A stretch of 64,000 nt of DNA from a virus, in the IMG/VR virus record IMGVR_UViG_3300005654_000003, positions 7,132-71,131 of that record, one strand, 5' to 3'. The position numbers and the translations under genes are program-made. This document shows, piece after piece, positions 56,875 to 64,000 of the stretch (its first letter is position 1; every line of letters starts with the position of its first letter). The notes beneath the pieces were generated by a model. The model was not told the origin of the DNA. It did not search any database and saw only the letters and a program-made list of their open reading frames with translations.

Positions 56875-57630
56875 TTACTCAGGATCACAGTGAGCTTCAT
56901 CTTCTGGATCTACATCTGGTTCTACTACTGGAAATGGAACGCCATTGGTAGCCTCTGCATCTATTTCACCTGTTACGGTGCTTAAACACCCATTAAAGAA
57001 TTCATTCGCATGTAAACTTACTGCTCCTGTATTATACTCAAAACTAATGGTTAATGATCTCATGAATATATGCTTTGGCACTAAATCTGGATTAAGCATC
57101 ATGTCTCGACCTCCTAAATGAAAGTTATACATACAATACCCATAAAAATGATTCAATGCACCAATGATAAGTGCTCTAAGCACGTAATAGATCAATATTA
57201 TCTCATTTACGTTGTCTGAGGTTATCACAACATTAAAACTACCCTTAAATCGCTTAGAATACGTTTCTCTATACTTTCCAGCATTTTCTCCCTCATCTGA
57301 AAAGAACGCTGACTCATATTCTCCCATACCCAACCCTAATGTCTTTGTAACCTCATCTTCTGATGGTAGGGTTATGTGGATAGTTGGTGATGACATTTTG
57401 TTTCTATTGAACATAACATTAACGGCTATCTTTCTAACGTCATCTGATTCCTTATTAAACACTGTCTTAGCTTGCTCATATAAACTGTAGCGTTCCAACT
57501 TCTGATCTGCTAATAGCTTAAATAGGATCGTATCTTCTTCTTTGACCGTATTATTTAAGTCATTCTTGACGGCTGCTAATACCTTTTCTATGGTGTCGTG
57601 AATAATTATTTCTGGTACTAATGTGAGCAT
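56875..57630 (-). CDS. tail completion/terminator-like structural protein
   Basis: PTIHITLPSED...FNVVITSDNVNE..LIYYVLRA...FMRSLTISFEY; position in the morphogenesis module. Confidence 0.6.
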   Translation of the reverse strand: MLTLVPEIIIHDTIEKVLAAVKNDLNNTVKEEDTILFKLLADQKLERYSLYEQAKTVFNKESDDVRKIAVNVMFNRNKMSSPTIHITLPSEDEVTKTLGLGMGEYESAFFSDEGENAGKYRETYSKRFKGSFNVVITSDNVNEIILIYYVLRALIIGALNHFYGYCMYNFHLGGRDMMLNPDLVPKHIFMRSLTISFEYNTGAVSLHANEFFNGCLSTVTGEIDAEATNGVPFPVVEPDVDPEDEAHCDPE

Positions 57631-57698
57631 AACTGTGTGATTGTGAGTTTCTTAAAAAAAGTTTTATTATAATTTATTATAAAACTATATATTCTATC

Positions 57699-57995
57699 CT
57701 ATTGATTATCAATGACTTGATTCATTTTTATAATTTTACCACGTATTATGCCTTCACACACGCAGCCCTCTACTGTATCTTTCTTTACAGGTGTAATAGC
57801 TGTAAACTTTGTTGTGAATATTTCATCACATTCGCAGTCATGATCACCCTCTCCTACTTCTAATACTTCAAAGTAATTTTCTTGTAAGAATTCATCTACT
57901 GTAGCTACACTATGAGTCTTATATGTAGTTATTATTAATGTCATTGGTGTACTGGCCATTAATACTATGAAATACATGCTTATTTGCTTCTTCAT
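57699..57995 (-). CDS. small membrane-anchored phage protein
   Basis: N-terminal TM; CECDE.FTTKFTA...VEGCVCEG. Confidence 0.6.
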   Translation of the reverse strand: MKKQISMYFIVLMASTPMTLIITTYKTHSVATVDEFLQENYFEVLEVGEGDHDCECDEIFTTKFTAITPVKKDTVEGCVCEGIIRGKIIKMNQVIDNQ

Positions 57996-58119
57996 TTCTT
58001 TTTTACTTTACTTTTCCCTTTACACTTATTACATATATGTATGCCTTTAAAGGTTATCCATCTATGCTTACACACCATACATACACTTTCTACTATCTTA
58101 TCCATGGGGCTAATATATA

Positions 58120-58905
58120 TTAAAGTTTTAAATTAAACAATGCGTTGTCTATAATATCTGTTAATGTATTGCTCATTGTACCTTTGAATTCATTGTAGGT
58201 TTTCTCGGCTAAGTTCTTTGCCTCCATGCCTGGATGAATCCACGCCCCCTCATCCGAATTATCACTAACCCTCCTAAACGATGTATAAGTTCCATTGCCT
58301 GTTCCCTTATCCTTTGTTCTTGTTATACCCTCATATATACTTCCCTTGCGTTCATAATCTTTAAATGCATTGGTTTTAGGTATCTCTAATCTTGGCTTTG
58401 GCTTTGGTTCTGGTATGCCGTCTGGAATATCTTCTAAGTCTCTTTTAGTAACACTCTGACCGAACTCTTTTGTCTTTGCTATATCATATACCTTTTTAGG
58501 CATTATGGTACTAAAGTTTTCTTTTGTTGTTCCTGTTGATCCTACACTGAATGGTATTGTTAAGTACCAGCCCCCATCTTCTTTTTCTACTTTCTTATCG
58601 GATTGAGCAAAACTTAGTTTCATGTCAAAAGCTGTTGCACCCTCTTCAATCATTCTAACTATTTTCTCTTGGCTGTAGTCTAATACCACAGCAGATTTTA
58701 ATAAACCTTCATCAACTACACTTAATGAGCTCAAATAAGCCCCTCTAGTGGACGTTAATTCTCTGGATGCAGTTGCCCTCCACCTTGCCTCAAATTCTTT
58801 CGCTATCTCGCTCATAGAATAGTCTATCATTTGATCCACTTGCTTCTTATCAAGTGACATCTCTCTAGCTATATCTACCAAGTCTAATGTAATTGGTATA
58901 ACCAT
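58120..58905 (-). CDS. neck / head-tail joining protein
   Basis: TRGAYLSSL, IEEGATAFDMK, WYLTIPF, FRRVSDNSD..WIHPG. Confidence 0.7.
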   Translation of the reverse strand: MVIPITLDLVDIAREMSLDKKQVDQMIDYSMSEIAKEFEARWRATASRELTSTRGAYLSSLSVVDEGLLKSAVVLDYSQEKIVRMIEEGATAFDMKLSFAQSDKKVEKEDGGWYLTIPFSVGSTGTTKENFSTIMPKKVYDIAKTKEFGQSVTKRDLEDIPDGIPEPKPKPRLEIPKTNAFKDYERKGSIYEGITRTKDKGTGNGTYTSFRRVSDNSDEGAWIHPGMEAKNLAEKTYNEFKGTMSNTLTDIIDNALFNLKL

Positions 58906-58906
58906 A

Positions 58907-59719
58907 CTAACAACTTTCTTCTATCGGTAAGCTATTATCTATTATACGATCTCCATTTATATTTTCCGTATCTAGTACGTAGTGTGTATATCTACCAATT
59001 GCATGGATTGGCATTACTATATCTGATTGTTCTCTTTGTCCTTTATCTATGTTCGTTAACATTGTATGCCTTGGAATATCGATAATGTGATACTGTGGAT
59101 TATGTTTATACCTAACTGTTATAGATATTTGATCCGCTTGTTCATTTCCTTCTACCAAGGTTCTAAACTTTTCATCTAAAAATATGAAGTTATTCTCTAT
59201 TGTATAATCTTCATCTTCTGTTAACTGTAAGTATGGTAGTGTAGGTGATTCAAATAATGCTAGATATTCTATTTCCTTTACTGGATAAGTAAGTGAGAAA
59301 AACAATAAGTCATTTTTCATCTTTAAATATCTAACCTCATTAAATATAGAAATGCCATGTAAGACCGTTACACGATCCATAAATGATATTTCTTCTATAT
59401 CCCTTGTAGATATACTTGCAGTGCCTCTATTTTCTTCTGACCACTCTTTATACTCAGTAGAATGATTCATTGAGTGTATAATGAATCTAGTCTTTACTGG
59501 ATTGATAAATGCCCATCCTGTACCTCCACAATTTTGACAGTCACTTAATTGTCCACCTACTGATTTACTTTTGCAGGGGCAATGTAGTGCTTTCTCGTGC
59601 AGTACGTTATAACCCTTTTGATGTATGGCTATCTCAAAATCTCCTTTTCTGAAATCTGGCCTTGGCTTACTAATACCCGTTGGTGTACTTTGAATCTCTA
59701 TTTTCTTATTATTAGCCAT
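58907..59719 (-). CDS. head-closure / neck protein
   Basis: LHEKALHCPC....DCQNCGGTGW, FMDRVTV, VRYKHNPQY. Confidence 0.7.
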   Translation of the reverse strand: MANNKKIEIQSTPTGISKPRPDFRKGDFEIAIHQKGYNVLHEKALHCPCKSKSVGGQLSDCQNCGGTGWAFINPVKTRFIIHSMNHSTEYKEWSEENRGTASISTRDIEEISFMDRVTVLHGISIFNEVRYLKMKNDLLFFSLTYPVKEIEYLALFESPTLPYLQLTEDEDYTIENNFIFLDEKFRTLVEGNEQADQISITVRYKHNPQYHIIDIPRHTMLTNIDKGQREQSDIVMPIHAIGRYTHYVLDTENINGDRIIDNSLPIEESC

Positions 59720-59722
59720 ATA

Positions 59723-60433
59723 TTAAAATCTCCAATAACTATTTTCAAAAACAATATCTTTATCTACTACAGTGTTTAAATCAAATAATTTGATGTCATC
59801 CTGATTAACATCTCTGGCCAACTCATATATACGAATTAACTTATTCTCTAAGTCGTACCTCTTTAAATTCTTTTTGTTCCATGGGATTTTGCCTGTATGA
59901 GATGCTTTCATTTTTGCCACATATTCCTTGGTTCTAGGTGGCTTAGGTGTACCCTTGCAAGCAAAACCTCCCCTTTGTTTAACCTCCCATGGCATTCTTG
60001 CCCTAGCTTTTTTAGTAGCATCTGATATACGTTTTCTTTGTTCCAAGGTTCTTTTGCCAGATGCATTTGTGTTCCCAATACTTCCCTGCCTTATTTTTTC
60101 TATTGTTTCCTTGGAATAACAACCTGACTTCCCCTTATTCCATATATCCCCAAAATTAGGCTTTAGACCCCCTCTAGCCATATTATAGAATACATCTGAC
60201 TCTACTGCACCAAAGTAATCAATCCAATACTGTTCTGCTATATCTGCATTTTCTTGCGTTTCACAATATTCTAGTATTTGTTTCTTAAAGTTCTCCTTAC
60301 CATGTTTTTTTATCGCCCACTTCAATATCTTACCTGAACCCAAATATTTTGGATCATTGTATTTGTTGTAACCAATGTATTTTTTACCATTGATTAAATT
60401 AGTGGTGCAATATATAACATGATCTACTTTCAT
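59723..60433 (-). mobile_element. free-standing GIY-YIG homing endonuclease (Seg-like)
   Basis: VIYCTTNLINGKKYIG...YLGSG...KHGKENFKKQIL...AEQYWI...FYNMARGG. Confidence 0.88.
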
Positions 60434-61218
60434 TATACTGATGTAAAGTTAAAGCCTCTATAAAAATCACGCAGCAACGGTATTTGTTTCTTTAAATCAT
60501 TTTGATAGCCCAAAATTCTTGATCCATAGCCGCTGTTAGTTGCTGAGGACGTTGTACTTATGCTTTGACTCAATCCATCTATGCCTATTGATTGTGAGGC
60601 TATCCCTGCACCTAATATAAGATCTCCTGCAATATGAAACAAGTTTATTGATGCTAATTTACCAACTACATTTAATATATCGGCTGGAATCTTCTCAAAA
60701 CCAGTTACATACGCTAAATTCCAATAAAAAGGAATATCTGTTGAAGCATAGTAGTTTAAACTAGGAATTACGCCTGAGAACAATATATTAGAAGTTTGAC
60801 CACCAGAAGACACAGGAACCATGTATATACTTCTATGATATAAACCGTCTTCTGATGATTTTCTGGTGGTTATCCACTCCAATGGGTATTCTACTTGTTT
60901 AGTAGACCCTAAGAACCCTTTTAAGGATAGATTACATACAACTGGGTATGTAGTCTTAATAAATCCCCAATGCTCCCACTCTTCATGCCTAAAGGATAGA
61001 TTCTCTTCAAATATTTGTCTCTGTAGTTTCAGATTCAAATACTTTTCTATTTCATCCTGTGCAGCTTTGATATACATTTCAAATATATCGTCACCAATAG
61101 GAATTCCATCTTGATCTTCTATTCTAACACCAAATAAATAATTTTCTTTTATATCTGCTGCTGATAATATTAAACCAGTAGATTCTTTAGACTTTGATTG
61201 TAGGTTAATTGTAGGCAT
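60433..61218 (-). CDS. head-tail adaptor protein
   Basis: YIKAAQDEIEKYL, YVTGFEKIPADI, GIASQSIGIDGLSQS; position after the capsid gene. Confidence 0.75.
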   Translation of the reverse strand: MPTINLQSKSKESTGLILSAADIKENYLFGVRIEDQDGIPIGDDIFEMYIKAAQDEIEKYLNLKLQRQIFEENLSFRHEEWEHWGFIKTTYPVVCNLSLKGFLGSTKQVEYPLEWITTRKSSEDGLYHRSIYMVPVSSGGQTSNILFSGVIPSLNYYASTDIPFYWNLAYVTGFEKIPADILNVVGKLASINLFHIAGDLILGAGIASQSIGIDGLSQSISTTSSATNSGYGSRILGYQNDLKKQIPLLRDFYRGFNFTSV

Positions 61219-61692
61219 TTAAGATAAGTTTTTCTTCGCTAAGTAATTAACGATTGCTGACTTATTTTTTAACTTCTTTGTTTCTTCTTTTGGGAAATCT
61301 TCTAACAAAGAACGTAAGTCTTTTACAGAGTATTCTTGTAATGTAGATTGTTGATATTCAAAAATTTCTTCTTCTGTCATCTGTTTAGACTCTACTTCTT
61401 CTTTGATAGCTTCTTCCGTTACTTCAATTTCGTCTAATGGATCTATACCTGTATTAATGGCATCTGTTGCATCTTCTACAGTTTCAGTTTCATCTACATG
61501 AACCTCTTCTTCTTTTGCTTCTTCATCTTCTTCTTTTACAAGCTCTATACCGAACTGTAAGCCTAAAAGATCATCTACTAATTCTTCATCTATTTCAATA
61601 CAGTTATCTGTATCGAATTCAACTTGTCCAACTAAAGGAAGTATGATTGCTTGACCAGTAGTGCCTTTTGACAATGATTTTAATTTTACCAT
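61219..61692 (-). CDS. acidic late protein with C-terminal HeH/Rho-N-like module
   Basis: E/D-rich centre; LQEYSVKDLRSLL...KNKSAIVNYL. Confidence 0.6.
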   Translation of the reverse strand: MVKLKSLSKGTTGQAIILPLVGQVEFDTDNCIEIDEELVDDLLGLQFGIELVKEEDEEAKEEEVHVDETETVEDATDAINTGIDPLDEIEVTEEAIKEEVESKQMTEEEIFEYQQSTLQEYSVKDLRSLLEDFPKEETKKLKNKSAIVNYLAKKNLS

Positions 61693-61726
61693 GATTGTTA
61701 TATTAAATTTTATATATAAAAATAAA

Positions 61727-61753
61727 CAAAAAAGCCCTCATAAGAGGGCTTTA
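61727..61753 (-). terminator. intrinsic terminator after major capsid protein
   Basis: AAAGCCCT-CATAAG-AGGGCTTT with a U-tract on the minus strand. Confidence 0.75.
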
Positions 61754-61775
61754 ATGATTAATATGTTAATAAGTT

Positions 61776-63239
61776 CTAGTTAAGAGTTTTCCCAACGTTT
61801 ACAAACTTAACCATTTTCTTAGGTGCATACAACTGAGGCGTTGCAAATAAGAATGCTACAAAAGATCTACTCAATCCAACTACAGCAAGGTCTAACTTAG
61901 ATACAGGTGCAAGTTGCTTAAAGCTCATTGCTTCTTCTGTCATCTCAGCTAAGAATGCAGTTTCACAGTCAGGAAGTAATCTATGTCTGTCTCTTGCAAG
62001 ACCAGGTGCAGCACTATCATAGCCAGAAGCTAATTCAGCAGCAGATACTTCAAAGATTGGGTAAAACTTACCAGTGTTCGCACCGTTTACTTTAGTTCTA
62101 TATACTCTAAATGCAGTTGCAGCGAATGCAGATCCTACACCAGCAGAGAAATCTAAATCTACAGATGATCCAACTGTAAGAGTTACAGCAGCTCCTTGAA
62201 CTGTTAATGCAGACTCTCCATATCTATTGATGGCAGACACAGCATAAAATACTGGGCCATCTTCACCAGCTTCAAGTACAGATGAACCATCAGTAGCAAG
62301 TGCAGGTGAAGCATCAGCTACAGGGGCAGCAGGTGCTTTCACACTTGTAGCAGTATTAGATGATAACTTAGCAGGCTCAGCAGCCATGAATTTATCGTTT
62401 CCTAGAGTGATGTCACCCATAGTAGTAGAAATAGCCTTTGGAACTGTTCCAATAACACCGTCATATCCACCACCGTTCATTAAGATACGCTGATCATTGT
62501 AATAATCTTTTGCTAAAGCAGAGATTACAACTGGTGCAGCAAATAAGTGAGTTGGAATACCAAAATTAGCATCTACTCTTACTGCTCCGTCTTCTACATC
62601 CTCTTGTTTAAGAGACTTTCCTCTTAAATCTACAACAACTTCTGATCCGTAATACGCATCAAGGTTATTATATAAGAAACCGCTACCAGTTCCAATAGAA
62701 GCATGCTGTGCATATAAACCATTCCACTCTTCTGGAACGATATTCTCGTTTCCTTTAGTGATAAAGGTATTCGCTCTACGCTGAATCCACATTACTTTGT
62801 TAGAAACCTCTTTAGCCATTGCTGGAACAAAAGATTTCACCATTTGTGCTTGAAGAGTTACAGATCCAGTTACTTGTAAGTACTTGATCTTTTCAGCACG
62901 TCTTACATACTTAGAATCTTCTACATCAGAAAGTTCTCCTTCCCCGTAAAAACCTCCACGTTGATTACCATAAGACTCTAACTGAATAAATTCTTCAACT
63001 GTGTTATAAGCAGTCATTTTTGGCATTGCATTGATTAATTTTAAATCACTTGTTCTGTGATCTAATAATTTCAATGTCTTTTCTAAAGATTCAGCTTTTA
63101 ACGGCTCTTGCGTTAAAGACTGATTTGCGGTTTCACGTCCTGTGATGTGACCAGCTTGCATAGCTTTCAATAAGTACTCTGCATCTTGCCCACCGTCACC
63201 AGCGAATCCGTTTTGCATATCGTCTAAAGTGTTGTTCAT
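61776..63239 (-). CDS. major capsid protein (SPO1/Twort-like HK97 fold)
   Basis: LKAMQAG, LKAESLEKTLK, AYNTVEEF, EKIKYLQVTGSVT, EWNGL, VVDLRG, FKQLAPVSKLDLA, PKKMVKFVNV. Confidence 0.92.
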   Translation of the reverse strand: MNNTLDDMQNGFAGDGGQDAEYLLKAMQAGHITGRETANQSLTQEPLKAESLEKTLKLLDHRTSDLKLINAMPKMTAYNTVEEFIQLESYGNQRGGFYGEGELSDVEDSKYVRRAEKIKYLQVTGSVTLQAQMVKSFVPAMAKEVSNKVMWIQRRANTFITKGNENIVPEEWNGLYAQHASIGTGSGFLYNNLDAYYGSEVVVDLRGKSLKQEDVEDGAVRVDANFGIPTHLFAAPVVISALAKDYYNDQRILMNGGGYDGVIGTVPKAISTTMGDITLGNDKFMAAEPAKLSSNTATSVKAPAAPVADASPALATDGSSVLEAGEDGPVFYAVSAINRYGESALTVQGAAVTLTVGSSVDLDFSAGVGSAFAATAFRVYRTKVNGANTGKFYPIFEVSAAELASGYDSAAPGLARDRHRLLPDCETAFLAEMTEEAMSFKQLAPVSKLDLAVVGLSRSFVAFLFATPQLYAPKKMVKFVNVGKTLN

Positions 63240-63261
63240 TTTTGTTAACTTTAAGTTTATT

Positions 63262-63271
63262 TATAAATATA
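63262..63271 (-). promoter_or_regulatory. putative phage late promoter motif TAT(A/T)TTTATA (representative copy, before capsid gene)
   Basis: Same 10-mer precedes minus-strand starts at 11502, 17412, 26514, 28205, 35334, 39226, 41930, 44231, 44639, 48692 and 61715. Confidence 0.6.
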
Positions 63272-63276
63272 ATTGA

Positions 63277-64000
63277 TTACGGTAATACGTTGATTCCTAA
63301 CGCTTTTAATTTAGCCTGACCTCTATCGTCAATCTGTTTTGTGGCCTCTAAGCCTTTTACGATTCGAGAAAGATCGTCATCTCCTTTTTCAATAGCCATT
63401 TCAAATGCCTTGTTGATTAGATCCTCTCTTGATTGTTTATTGCTTAAACTATAGATTTCACCCTTTTCTATATCACCACCCTCTTTTATTTTACTCTCGA
63501 ACCTTTCAGCCCATGATTTAGAGATAAGAGACTTTGGTGCAGTCGGTGTATTTTCAATTTCTTTGATTCTATTTTTTAAAGTAGAATTCTCTTCTGATAA
63601 ATTGTCATAAGATTTTTTGATTGTATCAAATTTTTCTTCAAAAGATTTAGAAAGATTCTCAAATTTGTCAGCCATAGCAGAAAAACTTTTTTCTAACTCG
63701 ATGGTTTCAGATTTTTTGATACTACCTTGTGGTGTAATTCCTCCCATGTTAGCAGCAGCGTTTGCTCCCATATCTACAGAAGCACATGCCTTTGTAGTTA
63801 CATCTTTAGAATATACTTTACTCATAGCCTTTTTGATTTCATCTTCATCCATGCCCTTACTAAATAGTTTTTTGGCATAATTGCAAGCCGACTTATAGAT
63901 GCTTTTTTCCACATCTTCATCTTCTTCTTCTGAATCTTCATCTTTTTCAGCTACCGCTTCTTTTTCTTCTACATTGTCAGGTGCATCGTTTGTTTTTTCA
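63277..64000 (-). CDS. scaffold-like protein upstream of the capsid gene; truncated at window end
   Basis: Frame open to the window edge (EKTNDAPDNVEEKEAVAEKDEDSEEEDED...); repeated xKS motifs and coiled coil. Confidence 0.65.
   Translation of the reverse strand, partial: EKTNDAPDNVEEKEAVAEKDEDSEEEDEDVEKSIYKSACNYAKKLFSKGMDEDEIKKAMSKVYSKDVTTKACASVDMGANAAANMGGITPQGSIKKSETIELEKSFSAMADKFENLSKSFEEKFDTIKKSYDNLSEENSTLKNRIKEIENTPTAPKSLISKSWAERFESKIKEGGDIEKGEIYSLSNKQSREDLINKAFEMAIEKGDDDLSRIVKGLEATKQIDDRGQAKLKALGINVLP

Noticed and set aside
1-64000. Stop-codon reassignment (TAG to Gln) as in some Bacteroidota phages
   Set aside because: Genes are full length in the standard code, and TAG ends complete genes directly followed by new starts (1717, 4746, 7094).
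1-64000. CRISPR array or diversity-generating retroelement
   Set aside because: No regularly spaced direct repeats, no reverse transcriptase, and no template/variable repeat pair noticed; repeats seen are protein-level only.

Overview
An AT-rich, gene-dense segment of a large lytic myovirus (jumbo-phage-like), cut at both ends: it starts inside a DNA polymerase III alpha gene and ends inside the gene upstream of the major capsid protein. A Bacteroidota host is inferred from host-type TTTG...TAnnTTTG promoters, lipoprotein and Gln-start signal peptides, a Bacteroidota-type coiled-coil protein and a T9SS-like C-terminal domain. Layout: (1) 1-12.5 kb replication/recombination: DnaE, 5'-3' exonuclease, gp32-like SSB, AAA ATPase, Mre11/Rad50-like pair, DnaB-like helicase, primase. 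(2) 13.4-35.3 kb minus-strand tail/baseplate module: glycosyltransferase, baseplate and tail-fibre proteins, LRR-like protein, baseplate J, spike, hub, tape measure, chaperones; it is interrupted by a small plus-strand island. (3) 35.4-41.1 kb accessory genes: signal-peptide glucosaminidase, metallophosphoesterase, secreted M12B metalloprotease, degenerate dCMP-hydroxymethylase/TS homolog. (4) 41.4-44.6 kb tail tube and sheath with a GIY-YIG endonuclease between them. (5) 44.7-56.8 kb accessory region: HD-domain alarmone-hydrolase-like protein, RNA ligase, a receiver/PAS-histidine-kinase/receiver operon, antirepressor, a 145-nt tRNA-like RNA next to an HNH gene, and many small ORFs. (6) 56.9-64 kb neck/head genes and major capsid protein. 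The strongest candidates for undescribed biology are the intact phage two-component operon and the T9SS-like metalloprotease (both behind the motif that precedes capsid, sheath and tube genes), the tRNA-like RNA with a replaced anticodon arm, and the apparently catalytically dead gp42-like protein. All family assignments come from motif recognition by eye; no searches were run.
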